Shown one piece after another: positions 41,135 to 55,672 of a stretch of 64,000 bases of DNA. Source of the stretch: Chrysomallon squamiferum (Eukaryota; Animalia; Mollusca); contig CM022665.1 in NCBI GenBank assembly GCA_012295275.1, positions 45,756,001 to 45,820,000 of the forward strand. Reading direction: 5' to 3'. Both the position numbers and the translations under genes were made by a program. Numbering within the stretch: the stretch's first letter is position 1; the number at the start of each line of letters is the position of its first letter. A model generated the notes under the pieces. The model did not search any database and was not told where the DNA came from. It saw only the letters and a program-made list of their open reading frames with translations.

Positions 41135-44100
41135 CAACAACAACAACAACAACAAAAAAACGATATAAGAGAAATGCTCTGTTGCATCCCTGTTATATAT
41201 GTAAATGAAATTTTATTTGAAAAAATAATACACACGATACAAGACAAAAAAAAAAAAAAAAAATAACGTCAAGAAAATTACTGAGGATAAGTCAAAAAAA
41301 GAAAATTATCGTACACGTATTTCTAAAGTGGTCCTTAAAGGCTGAACATACTTTCTGCGTGTGTATATTTAACTTGTCATAACTCAGTTTTTCGGTCTAA
41401 AATTAACGAGCGAGAAGCAGTAAGAAAAAACGTTCTCTCAACTGAAACCTTCAAAACAAACAAAAACATTTTTATTGCGATTTTATTTCCAGTCTCTATT
41501 AACGGGAATCTCATCATTTGCACATGTGAAGTCGCTTAAATTGCTCAAATTGCTTCTTCATGTACTGTATATTTGTTTGTTGAAATATCAGACGGACCAC
41601 GTCAAACTCTTAAATCTAACAATCCAAATAATCAACTTACGAAACATGTCGATCGTTTTCTCTCACCTGTCGTCTGCCTTCAAAGACGAGAGCGCCATCA
41701 AACGGGGTCCAAGTCCAATAAAATTGGGCTTTTATTCCACTGCGAGCTCGTGGCCGGCACGACGTTTAATCGAAATGCGCGCGCGGCCTGATGTTATCAC
41801 AAAGGACTATATGTACGGAACCGTCCCAAGTCCCAGACCGCAGCCAGACTTTCGTCTTCTTTTCCAGATGTTCTTCCCCTTATTCAATCAGATTTTATCG
41901 AATCTTTGAAGCGATTCTTAATTTGGACCAGTTCGCTGCAACTTAAACCCGTAATTCAGCACTTAAATTTGATACGGAGAAAATAAAAAGAAAATTAGGA
42001 AATAATTTTCACTGCCGCAGAGAAAAAATTTTTTTTTTTTTTTTTTGGTAAATTTTCGGAGAAAACAGAATAAATTTTAGATATTTTACATTTGTTTGAG
42101 TTACAGTTAAAACAACAGCAGTGATAATAAGGAAGTTATAGGTATAGAAATTGTATGTTTATTTTTTTTTAATTCTCGTTTTCTCAAACTCGCGGTTAAA
42201 TTAAGAAAGAAAATAGTGTGAAAAATGGATGGTCCTATATAAGACGTGTTTTATATTGTTTTGAGCTAAAAAGAAAGATTAAAAAATAAATTAGTTAATG
42301 AAGTAAATGAATATAAATTTTTTTTAAATGCTTAATTAAATTGTTAAAATATTATTTTACGGATTTCGTTTTCTTTCGGGTTTTTTTTTAAAATTATAAT
42401 TCAAATCCATTTCAATCTTCTATAATTCAATCAAATAGTAGATTGATAATTATTTCAATGAAATGTATTTTATATTTATATTTATAGATTTTAAAATCAT
42501 GTATACTAGAATTAATTTTTATAAATATTTAACGCAATCCTGTTTTATGGATTGTCACATAATATATATATATATATTTATATATATATATATACAAATC
42601 ATATATAAATTATTTTTATGCATATCTCATGATTACTTTTATACGTGTTTAATGACTATTTTTTTACATATTTGATTATTATTTTTTAAATAGATATTTA
42701 TATTTATTCAGATATTTAGTTTTTCTAGATACATTGTGGTTAGTGACTACATTTATTGATAGTTTGTGACTATTTTTATAGATATTTAGTGATTTTTTTG
42801 GTAATATACTTAGTGTCTATTTTCATACGTATTCTATCACTATTTTTTATTATTATTATTTAGTAACTATTTATATGGATGGTTTAGTGGAATTCTAACA
42901 CAATTTAATTCTCCATTAACGTCAGTGAAAATTGAAATTATTTTGAGACGGTGCGCCAGAACACGAGGTGGAATGCACTTAACAAACGCTGTAAATAAAC
43001 TATTTACGACTTTCGGCCTGATAGATTCTTGCTAATTAATATCGTTCCCAATCTTCGCCTGGAATGATCATTATCTCTTAAAGATAATTAATTACTTAAC
43101 TAATAGTTCTCAAAAGAAATTCGAGAAATTTTAAAAATTTGTTGGAAGTCATTCCGGCTGGCTGACACGTTAATAAATGCGCGCGACCGTAAGATTGCTT
43201 TATTACTGCCCACGTGACCGCATGACTGCACGCGCGTGGCCATTATCGTTTCAAACCATTGTTGGTATTTTAATAGTTACGGAATAACTGAAGCGCTACT
43301 GATTTTAAAATAATTTATACTTTCGCGTGAAGAGTGTGTGTTGTGTGTGTATGCGTATGTTAATTATTTTTGTTTAGTTTTCGCATTTTTTGTTTGTTTT
43401 TCTTTTTGTTTTTTCGTTTGTTTGTGTGTTGTTGTTTTTTGTTTATTTTTATTTTTTATTTTTTTCGTTTTTGTTTTGTTTTTTATTCCCTTAATTTGAA
43501 TATAAATATTTAGCGACTATTTATTTATTTATTTATTTATTTATTATCATAATAAAGACCGTTTTTATTATCCATTATGTTCGTTTGTTTACCACCGATT
43601 TGCAAAAACAAAAAAAAAAAAAAAGTCAAGAGCCAGAAAGAAAAGAAACTATATTCTATAAGAAAAAATTTATTTAGTTACAGCATCCATCAAACACACT
43701 GAAACAGATCCTGGAAAACATATATTACTTATCTCCAACTGCAATCAACAATTTACATTTAATATATTCTTAACAAATGTGCACCGACATTACATCTTTG
43801 CGGCTCTTTGTGATAATTACGCGTCAACACTTTGCAGTAGAGTGGTTCTCCTAACTCTTTCAAAAAGCCGCACCGCCATTTGCGTTCGGCAGTACAGTCA
43901 ACAAGTACGAAGCAACCAGTCTATTCTCGTGTGCGTAACGAATTAACCAATGGTATTGCAGGAAGACAATCAATTCGCTCGTAAATACATCCGTACGTGA
44001 ATTCGTTTGTTGCTCGTTTTCGTTGAGCCCTGAGCGAAGCCGACAGGAGTTTCCGGCTGTCTCTGAATTTCTCAGATCTTCGTTAAGATAAAAACCGCCC

Positions 44101-44437
44101 AATTGAAGAACATATTGCAAATATTTCCCTCTGTTGTGCGAGAAAGAGAATGCTCATTTACTTTTGTCTGTATTCTAAAAATGTCTAACTTTACATCTAT
44201 AACTGTTGCGAGATGATGTATTTATGTGCAGTGCGTTCAGGAGGAATTATTTTTTCTCCCCCTCTCTCTCTTGTAGGCTCCGCGATTGTCTAGATCTTCT
44301 GTAAGTTATTGGTGATAACGTTTGAAAAAAAAAAAAGACGAGTATATGCATGTATATATAATATGACATGGGTAATACTGAACTTGAAGTTAAATTCTTT
44401 TTATTTATTTATTTGTATTTTTTATTTATTTTTTTAG

Positions 44438-44528
44438 AAATATCAAATTATCATAGATAATATGACAAATGAAGTACTGAAATAGAAGTTTAACCTTTTT
44501 GTTTGTTTGTTCGTTTGTTTTGAATTTT

Positions 44529-44566
<38 letters not shown>

Positions 44567-44664
44567 TTTTTAAAAATATCAAATTATCATAGATAATATG
44601 ACAAAAGCAGTACTGAAATAGAAGTTTAAACATTTTTTGTTTATTTGTTCGTTTGTTTTGAATT
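44438..44664. repeat. Local direct duplication (~90 bp core)
   Basis: AAATATCAAATTATCATAGATAATATGACAAA...AGTACTGAAATAGAAGTTTAA...TTTGTTCGTTTGTTTTGAATT occurs at ~44438 and ~44574. Confidence 0.85.
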
Positions 44665-45190
44665 GTTTTATTCATTTATTATTATCTTATTTTTTTAGTA
44701 TATCCTTTTTACAAATTCAGTTAATAAAAATATCTTACGAACTATTTGTGAACTAGATGAAAGGCCACTAACGCTGTTCTATATTTAGAAGGATGTTAAG
44801 ACTAAATTAGCTAAGAATATTTAAACGGATTGAAATGAGACGTGGAGTAACAATATTGCGTAATGGGAAACTATAATTTGTAGGTATATTTCCTTTGGGC
44901 GTAATAAATCATAATGTACCGTCTTGAACTACTGTAATACTCAGACAGAAAATACATATATTTTATATATATATATATAAAAACACACGCAAAAACACTA
45001 AAACATAAATAATGTAAAAACAGTCTTAATAAATAAAGAACAATTTTTTTAAGCGTCCTCATAATAACCGTTTCTAACAAACGTAGCATAGAAACAAAGT
45101 CGTATGAATCAAACAACAAAAAAATAATAGATGGAATAATAACAATAACAGCAACAACGACAATTTATAGTAGTAATAATAATAATAATA

Positions 45191-45229
<39 letters not shown>

Positions 45230-46873
45230 GTAACAATAATAACGATGCTAATGACGATAATAATAATAATAACAATAATAACGATGCTAATGATGATAAT
45301 AATAATGATGATAATAATAATAATAATAATAACAGTAACAATAATAACGATACTAACGTGATAATAATAATAATAATGACGATAATAATAATAATAATAA
45401 TAATGATAAAATAATAACAATAATAATAAAATACATTCAAATACGTGATTTAATATTAACAATAAAAAACAAAACAATGCATAGTTAACGACAATCGTTT
45501 AAATACTTGTCAGTATTTATTCTTTATTCAAACACTGAAAAAATAATAACATAACTCGTTTTATTTATTTTAACATGACAATGGACTCGAGGAAGGAATG
45601 AAGGGAAAGACAAAGTACTGATGGAGTTTTACAGATGCAATATGTCAGTCGGTGAAGCTTTGTGAAGCTGATAGTTCAATGGGACATGGGAAAGCTTTAA
45701 AGAGCCCGTCACACTAATTTGCTGTCAAACATGTTAGGACTTTTTTTTGTTTTTTCTTTTTTCAGTGGTGTATGTATTGGGTTTTGTTGTGATTGTTGTT
45801 GTTTGTTTTGTTTGGGTTTTGGGATGGGTTTTTTTTGTTTGGGTTTTGGGATGGGGTTTTTTTGATTGGGTTTTTTTGTTTGTTTTTTCTTTTGGCTTTT
45901 TGTTACTGTTAAGGTTTTTTTAGGGGGTGTTGTTTGATTTTTTGTTATTATTATTTTTCTCTTCTTTTGTTTGTTAGTTTGTTTTTGTTTGTTTAGTTTT
46001 CTAGGGTTTTCTTGTTGATATTTTTTTGTTTTTTGTTTCTTTTTTTTTTTAGTTTTTCTATTGGTTTTGTGTTTGGTTTTTCATTTATCGATTTTTATAT
46101 CTTCCTAAAAACACAATCTAAGTTGTTAGGCAGTCATCTTAATCATATATTTTATTCTTCTGTTTTGGGATCATTTGAAAAATGTCTGGATAACAGATGA
46201 CTTAATCTTACCAACTAATTCGCGATAGGAGATGCGAATTGGTAGGGATTTGTTAATGGGAAGGCTTGGAGTTCTAGTAAAACCATCTGTGGAAGAAGAT
46301 GGTGTAAGTATATAATCTCAATCAGACGAATTTCAATCACTACAGAATAAATACTGAAACGAGTAGTCTAACAGCAATCAGACTCAGATAGTAGATAGTA
46401 CCGGGTAGCGAACCAAATAGCTTCCAGCTTTCGTGAATGTTTAAGTGCAAGTTTTTTCCTGAACCTTAAAGGCTGCTACTGTCCAGTACTGGTCATCGAG
46501 AACTAACCTGAAGTGACCTTTTTTTCTTTTTTAACACCAGTGACCGTTAAACTATGTGTCCCGACATCACCTCTAGACGCCTAGCCCATTAAAACGGTCA
46601 CTTTCTGTCAAGCCTGGCATGATGCATGGCGACGGAGAAAAACCGACACGAAACCGTTACAGCCTGCGTGTTAAAAATCAAACCATTAGCAAAATCAGAA
46701 TTCTCACCAATTACCCGCGTCATTTGCACGTCCAGAATTCCACCATTATTTTTTTTTTTTTTTTTTACTTCTTCTTTAATTTTTTTTTTTTTTTTTTTTT
46801 TATCTCTTCTAATGTCAGATGTCTAAAACAAATATTTCCTGAAAACATAAACTTTGTGGAGTCGGCAGAGAGG

Positions 46874-46909
<36 letters not shown>

Positions 46910-47344
46910 CTCGAGGTGAAATTAAGCGTGCAAGACTCGGCACTGATCCGTGCACAGCGCCAGAAGACTAAGGAAGTTGTCAACACTAACATTCTCGTTT
47001 TTTACTGAGCCAGAAAAAGAGTGGCGGTCCTCTCGTGTACCAGATACTTTCATTGTCATTAGTTTAGCAACTAATTTTTACTTTTTAAAAAATAAAAAAA
47101 ATAAAAAAAATATTTGAATGCTCCTTCTGATGGTTGTGGATGCTTCAGCTAAGTTTAAGAACAAAAACTATTATTTCTTCGTGAAATTATTTTTAATTCC
47201 TAAGTGATTTGTTGTTAGACCCAAAAAAAAAAAAAAAAGGTTTTTTTTTTTTTTTTCTTTATGTTTTTTGATTCATAATGCAGACGTTACTCGTGAAAAA
47301 CGTGCAAAGTTCCGTTGTAAATATACAGAACAAAACGTATTAAA

Positions 47345-47570
47345 TTACTTCTACTGCTACAAAGACTTCTACCAGATTATACTACTACAACTACTTCTAC
47401 CAGACTATACTACTACCTCTAAATACAATACTACAACTACAACTACTTCTACCAGATTATACTACTACCAAATTAAATTGCAGATTAATACTACAACTAC
47501 TTCTACCAGATTAAATTAAACTTCTACCAGATTATACTACTATTAATATTACCAAATTATACTACTGCTA
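47345..47570. repeat. Degenerate repeat built on ACTTCTACCAGATTATACTAC
   Basis: At least 5 copies of ACTTCTACCAGA, interspersed with (CTA/CAA)n. Confidence 0.75.
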
Positions 47571-48601
47571 CTTTAAAAGTCCTACAGATCCTAAAGAACC
47601 ATACCAAATTTAAATTGTGACCTCTATTAAAGGTTCTACAGGTCCAGAACCATTTATTAACCGACTTCTACAAATTAATATACTTCTTAATACACTTACA
47701 TTTCATTACTATACCATGTAAAATATATCGAACGAAAATTAAATGAAGGGTAATACTGTATGTACGTATATAATATCAAATAGTTATTCAATATACTGTA
47801 TTGATAGGTGCCTAATAATGATTTACTGTGAAAGGTTCATCTTTGTACAGTAACAGTCTCATTTAAACTGGAATTGTTCAACATTTTTGGGTGCCCTGAA
47901 GCTTGAACTGTTCGGTACTCTTAGCAACCAGCAACGAGATTTAGTTAACCACTGTTAACTTCTTCAGTCGGCGTGTTCCATGACAAATTACTATAAAAAT
48001 TTAACCATGCCATCTCCGATTTGGATTAAAGTACCTTCTATGGTCCTTACTGGATTATGGCCCCTGAAGCTTCAACTGCACGGAAACCAAAACAATGAAA
48101 TCGAGCGTGGATCTAAAAGCGAGCTAAATTTAAAAGTAGTCAGTTTAAAGTAAATAATAATAATAAAAATAAAATATATATATATAAATGAAAATAGCCG
48201 GTTTTCAGAATATTTCAGATTTCTGTAAGCCGGATAAACGGTTCGGTAATAGTACTACTAATACTACTACTATTGCTATTACAGATACTACTATCTTTAA
48301 AACGTCTGTTGTTAGTACATTTTTTTATATTGTTAAAACTACTCTCGCTCCTGTTGTCGTCGTTGTTGTTGTTGTTGTTGTTGTTGTTATTAAAGATATG
48401 TGCCTCAGCAATAATTTTCTTTGATAATTGACTTATATAGACTTTTATTAATGTTTAATTACAAATGTATATATATATATGTTTTAATTATTATTTGTTT
48501 GTTTGCTTTATTTTATTTTTATATTTATTTTGTTTACCTCTCTTTATTCTCTCTCCATCCATATATACATACATACATACATACATACATACATACATAC
48601 A

Positions 48602-48637
<36 letters not shown>

Positions 48638-50034
48638 TTACACAAACATCAGTCCTTCAGCATATCTATGTAACAGAATTATCTAAAATTGACTATTTAT
48701 GTAAACATGTTTTTTAATTTGGTTTGAAATAAAAGAATGAAAAACACGAAAAAAAGCAGCTCGGCTATTGGGATCAGATGTGTTGAAAATTATTAACATA
48801 AAATTAAACAGGACAATGATATCAAAAATATCAGAAGTCTATAAAACACGGCGTAACGACGAACGAAGAGGTGTTCAGTTCCGAGATGTTATTCTGACTT
48901 GAACTTCTCTGTGTATACAACACGTGTTCCAGGACTTGGCACTAAACCGACAAACCTGTAACAACGTTGTTTTATTCCCCTGCAAGTTTGAAAAGGTAAA
49001 CTGGCCACCGTGCCGACGTCGTTGCCGCATACCTGCTTGTTTGTTTGCGTTCTGTTTGGGAGTTCAGAATTCACGGCTTTCGGCGTTTTAAACCCGCCTT
49101 TTTTTTTTTTTTCTTTTTTTTTTTTTTTCCTCCCTACGCACCAGACTCTACGTTAAGCCTATTAACGCTCTACCCGATCTGTACGTCTGTTTATGCACGT
49201 GCAGACGCCATGTATTTAAGCGAAGTTTTGTTTCCCCCCGCCTCTCGTCTGATCTCCCATATCGCCCTGTAACTCAAGCTGTGTGGGTTTTTTTCTCTCT
49301 CCAAAAACCGCTCGACAATGGAATATTTAATCAGCTGACGACCACGTGCACAGACGACACAGGTACACACGTTCCAGCGCCTCGTCCGAGCCATCTGGAA
49401 AGAATGCCGTAAGAAGGATGTTAATTAAAAGACGCGAAGATTCATCATTCCGATGATTTGCGATCGTTTTTCCAGCTACAGTTTCACATATCCTGAAGAA
49501 GAGAAAAAAAACGCCTGTCAATTGAACTTTTAATAGCTCGGTAATTGCTTCAGGAAACGAAGAGCCACGGACGGTAACGATCAGGAGTCTATTAAATAAA
49601 CACCGTGGCCTTGCTGTACGCGAAACGAACCTCAGACTGCACCCTGTACAACGAAAACCGAGACCGAGAGAGAAAAAAAACGCTGGCGAAATTTCTAATT
49701 CCTGCCTCTGCCATAACGTGATCACGCGCAAGCAGCCCTGAATTTGGAGACATTTTTTTTTTTTTTTTTTTTTGTTTTTTTGTTTGGTGCTCTTCGATTT
49801 TGAGGTTTTTGTCTTATGCCATGCCTTATGTATGTAGTGAAATAAAACTATACAGATCTATTCATGTAGTTAAAATGACAAGACACTAAGTGTGACAGAG
49901 ACTTTAGATTAATTAAATATGTTAATTTATGGCGCCAGATATTCACAGAAAACGTTTAACGAGAATCGAGACTTTTTGTCGCTAGTAACAGACGCCAGAA
50001 CGTACAATAAATCAAAAGCGAATTATTTTTATAT

Positions 50035-50074
<40 letters not shown>

Positions 50075-50551
50075 TCCATACACATTTTTTTAAAGAATTT
50101 AATTAAGTAAATTTTATGTGATAATTGTTCATCGTCAGTTAGTGTGATATATCTGAAAAAAAAATCTATAGAAATGTTAATTATAATACCTTTATATACT
50201 ACAGTGTACCTTAAGTATATTACACTCTCTAAACTGAAATATATTTAACAGGATCCTCTTTCGTCAGTGAGGTCATTGTGATATTTCCAGTTCCACATAA
50301 GGCTCCAAAGCTGATTGATTAACGGGCTAAAAAAAATGCATTGTACTGTAAAAAAAAAAAAAAGAAAAAAAAAGGGGGAATTTCGGGAGCTGGTTTCCTC
50401 TCTGATATATGAGAATTATACAAAAACAGTATGAGGCATGTAATAACTATTAATATTAACCTCTACGTTGTTCATCAAACAATCTCATGCATTCATACAA
50501 AAACCAGCTCATTCCGACAAATGCTCAAATGCTATTTATTTATCTTGTTTA

Positions 50552-50618
<67 letters not shown>

Positions 50619-50661
50619 GGTGGTGGTGGTCTTGTTGTTGTTTGGTTTTTTTTAATACGGG

Positions 50662-50694
<33 letters not shown>

Positions 50695-51167
50695 CTCTTA
50701 TTGTAATGGCAAAAATGTAAATCTAACACAAAAAACCACTGATCCCCTTTGCTGTATTCAAGGTAGATTTATTATGAAACTGTCATAGAAAGGAAATACG
50801 CCGTGTCTGCGTGATTACGTTAGACTGGTTTCCTAAGCTTGATGTAACATGATGACGTTACTACCAGTCATGTTTTAAACAGAGTTGTCCTTCCTGCTGT
50901 TTGTTTATTCTCGACATTTTTAGATTTTTGTTTGTTTGTTTTTTTTTTTTTTTCTAATATTTTTATTTTATTTTTTTATTTTGTTTGTTTGTTATGGTTT
51001 CGGTGTTTCTTTCGAATATTTTAATTATATATTTTGTGTCATCATTCTTTCTATTATCATTATTAATTTAATTAAAACAATTATTTTTATTTCCAGTTGT
51101 GGTTTGTACCGAACTAAGCAAAATACATATATAAATTAAGAGTCGGAACTCTAGCAACCGTTAAAAC

Positions 51168-51198
<31 letters not shown>

Positions 51199-51208
51199 GT
51201 TATTGTTA

Positions 51209-51261
<53 letters not shown>

Positions 51262-52769
51262 TTACTTTAGTAGTATTTTGTATTAAATTTAAGCTTTATT
51301 TATTCATTTGTTTATAAAATTATTTTTTTTTTTATTTATTCATTTGTTTGTTTGTTATTTTAAAATTTATTTAATTTTATTTATTTATTTTTTATTTATT
51401 TATTTATTTTATTTTAAATTTATTTATTTTATTTATTTTATTAACTTTTATTTATTTAATTTATTTATTTATTTTTATTTAAAATTTATTTGTTTTATTT
51501 ATTTTATTAACTTTTTTATATATATATATATTATTTATTTATTTATTTATTTATTTACTTTATTTACTTTTATTTATTTTATTAACCTTTTATATATATA
51601 TATATATATATATATTATTTATTTATTTATTTATTCTTCAGATATTACTTCAGTGAGACTTCTGCTATCTGACTGTTCTGCACGCTTGAACTCTACAACA
51701 ACAACGACACACGATTAAAAGATAAATCACCGCAAGAGTAAAAACGCAGTGTTCTCCCCTGAATGCGATCTGTTTACTCATACCACATATATACTTGACA
51801 TTCTATTCACCAGTCGACAAAAACATGTCTTCCACTTTCATTGTCCGGGGTTAATATCTGTATGTTCTTTTACAAAACACAGAGTTCTGTTACCACAAAG
51901 ACCAATGCGAAACCTCTGTGCGTAGTTTTATTTTTATTTCTTATACTTACTCAGTTCAGCCTGTTTCAGTCTATTAGACAAGAATAAACTAAATCGACGG
52001 TATTCTTGCCTTGTTCTTTTCCTTTATTCATTTTCTTTTATTCATTTTCTATTCTCATTTTTAATTTTTTTTAAATGTCTTTTATTTCCCCCTGCACACA
52101 CATAAACACAAACGGAACCCACTGAAGCATAAACTATAAGATTACATGGCCCCCCCAACCCACCCACCCAACTACACCTTTACACTTCTCACCCAGCTTT
52201 CTTTTTCATGTGCCGAGATTAGTTTAGCCTGTCAAGATTATGTGAAAAATGAAAACAGAAATAACCCTAGCGGAAAGACACGAGATCTAGCGGTCCCCCG
52301 TACACAGAGATTAATAACATCAAGTGGAGATGAACAAACACGCAAGTGAGTAAAGAGAGAAAAAGAAAAACGCGTGTAGCTTGGACCTGTTTATTATCGG
52401 AGTAAGCCTATTGTCGTCTTTACGCGCGCGGCTGTTTGTTATATAGCGTAGATCGTGTTTTCATAGGAGACTCATACCGCGACAGAGTGTGTGTGTGTTT
52501 GTTTTAATTACCACGGTTTAAAAGAACGAAGCTGGTGTTTTTATACGTGTACGATGTGACGTCACGCGGAGTGTTTTAATCATTCAAATCTTCGAAAAAA
52601 AAAAAAATTCTATAACGGGTCAGACTGTATTTTAGTTAACTGTAATTAAGAAATTTGCAACACTGTGATTCCGTAACCTAATAACACAGATCTGTGAATA
52701 CTAAATGTTTTTGGTTACATGAGGTAGACAACGAAGGAACAGTGATTTCATGATTTTTTGTTACAGGTT

Positions 52770-52830
52770 GTTGCCAGGTACTCTTTGATACGGACACGTG
52801 GTTCGAATCCTGCCAGTGACTGTTGGGAAT
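52770..52830 (+). mobile_element. Isolated Pol III B-box, probable SINE remnant
   Basis: Perfect GGTTCGAATCC at 52800-52810 without recognisable tRNA stems. Confidence 0.3.
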
Positions 52831-55339
52831 ATTTTTAACTGTAGTGAGTAATTCTGAAATCACTGATATTTAGAAATAGCATTCAAAAAACGACTTCCAC
52901 CCTGGTTTATCAGTTAATAATGTAATCGCGTTCGTTTTAATGTAAATACCCGCCGCATATACTTGTCAAGCGAGTGTATAAATATAACCAGTCTGTAGAA
53001 GTCATGTCAATAAACCTCGATTTGCTGAAGCTGAGGCGAAATTGTGTCTGCTAGAAAAAACAACAGTTGTTTGTTTTCATTATTTCAGAAGTAGCAGTTA
53101 CTTTATAAGTTTAATATAAATCGTATGTGCGAATGTATGTTTACTGTTGTGACGCAATTCTTTCACAACAAATGCAGTTATCTAATCATTTAATTATTAG
53201 TTGTATGAGAAACAGGTTATAAAGGAAATCATTCCTACAAATTGCAGTTTTAGTACGTAATGATAAATGTTAACTGGAGAAATGACAATGTTTTTCTTAA
53301 AATGGTGCCTAAAAATGATTGTTTACCATTTCTGACGTAATCGTATTTCGACGAGAATAAGAACAACTGTATTTCCAAATCAACAATTACTATAGAAACC
53401 AGACGCATAAATTTTTTTTGCCTGCTGTTGTCAAGACAACCAAATGCATTCACTGATTCAGAAACAACAGGTTTGTTTTCGAAACTACAATTACAGTTGG
53501 AATAATGACGAAATAACAAGAACTACCAATCAAAAGATGATATTAAAACAAAGGTGATTGGAGAATAATAAAAGTAATTGGAAATATCGGTATCGATACT
53601 AGAAACGAGCCCACAAATGTCGAAGAGCTGTTGAAATGTGATCACCAAAAAAAAAAAAAAAAAAAAAGACCACCACGAAGTAATGCCATAAACAATTTAC
53701 CGATACCAGATAAGCTGAACTGTTCGACTGCCGTATTTCTTTCACCGCGAAAATTAACGATTATTAATAATAATCGTTTCTAAAATTGTCCCATTGTAGT
53801 CCCATGAGTATAGGTAGTTACTGCCGTAACAAGTGATGTGACTGTTTTTTAAAAACAAAAAAACTAAACCATACAAATTAATTTAAAAAAAAAAAAAAAT
53901 TAAAAAAAAAAATTGTTGGTCCTATTATCTCTTCATAGATATTAAAAATAACAGTGTGTATTTGAAGAACTGTATTTTAAAATGGCAAGGATGTTGTAAT
54001 TAAATGAAAATTTTAGTTTGTGAAAAAAAAAAAAAAAATTAAAATCGTGACGTAACATCACCTATACCTGTACGCTTTTGATGATATTTCCTTTATCACG
54101 AAATTTCAAATACAGGAGTAAATTTAAAAAAAAAAAAAAAAAAAATTCAGTTATGGATCTGAGATTGACAGGTGTGTTACTGCGAGTATTCAAAAACCTT
54201 AACGTCTCTCAGAACGTAACAGGTTAAGAATCACATCTTAAAATTACATCTTAAAATTTTGAAGAAAATAACAGCGACCACTGTGAATACATCTGTAAAT
54301 AAGAAATTCTAAATTATCCACAGTATCAGAACGTCAGAAGCAACACCTGTGCAAAATGACCACAGTCCCCGAGAACTTAGAGGTAGAGTTCTGAAAACCA
54401 GAGAAGGCCGTGGAAGCCAAAAAATCCAAAACAGCACAGATGAAGTGCACCAAGAACACTTCAAATTAATCAGGACCTAGTGCAGTTGATGCTGTGAAGT
54501 TCTGTTTTCTTTACCAAACATATCAAGTGTTTCTATGACGCTATAGTCTTGTGGACAGAGTACAGAGCCCACGAAAGTTATGTAAATCGCAGTGTCGAGG
54601 ACTGATGTAACGTATGTGAAGTCCCGAACCACAGCTCTATGGACTAACATAAATTTACGAAGACCTAAAACACAGATGTTGGGAATGACATAAAGTATGT
54701 GGAGTCTTTGTAAATCAAAGCGCCTATGACTAAGATAAAGTGTAATTATAAAGTAAATGACAGTTGTATAGACTAAGTATAGAGCAAACTACATTCCAGT
54801 CGTACGTTTTTATACCTACGTATAACGCTGGAAGACGATATCAGTCTAGAAGAGGCATTCAAAGCAATAACCAGGTAAAAAAAAAAAAAAATCAATTTCT
54901 TTTCTCATACATATTTGCGATTCAATAAGACAGTTATTTATGAATTTCTTTTTTTTCCTTTCTTTCTTTCTTTTTTTTTTTTTTTTTTTTTTTTACCTCA
55001 TGATTAACATTTGCCATTCCAAAGTAGATATTTGATATTTTATGTATTCGTTTTGTTAACAATTTTTTTTTTTTTTATTGCTTTATTACACAGCTGTATA
55101 TGTTATCTATTTATTTAACTTCCTAACTTACTTCTTTATCGCATTTACATATATCTTTACTTGTGATAACATCGTGCAGTTTTTGTTCAGGGATATAGTG
55201 CAATAATTACAACATTTTACAAATTGTATATGCTATAATATACTATAATTTTATTAAATTATACCTCTTTTTATAATGTATTTGTTTCTTTTTCTTTTTT
55301 TGTTGTTGTTATTATTATTATTATTATTTATTTATTTTT

Positions 55340-55382
<43 letters not shown>

Positions 55383-55627
55383 CTTAGTTGCTTGTTTGCT
55401 TGTTTTGCTTTTGGTTATTTTTTATTGTTGTCGTTGATTAATTTTATTATTTTATTTTATTTTTATTGTTTGTTTTGTCATTATTCTTTTGTTTCTTTTT
55501 TTTTTTTTTATAATTATTTCAAATTATTTATTTACTTGTTATTTCGTTTGTTTATCGCTGTTATTTCAGTAACTATTTTCTTCTATTCTACAACATTTTT
55601 CGGGATTATTTTCCGGGATTATTTTTT

Positions 55628-55672
<45 letters not shown>

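Noticed and set aside
52790-52830. tRNA gene at the GGTTCGAATCC motif (also 21745)
   Set aside because: No acceptor, D or anticodon stems could be formed; treated as SINE remnants.
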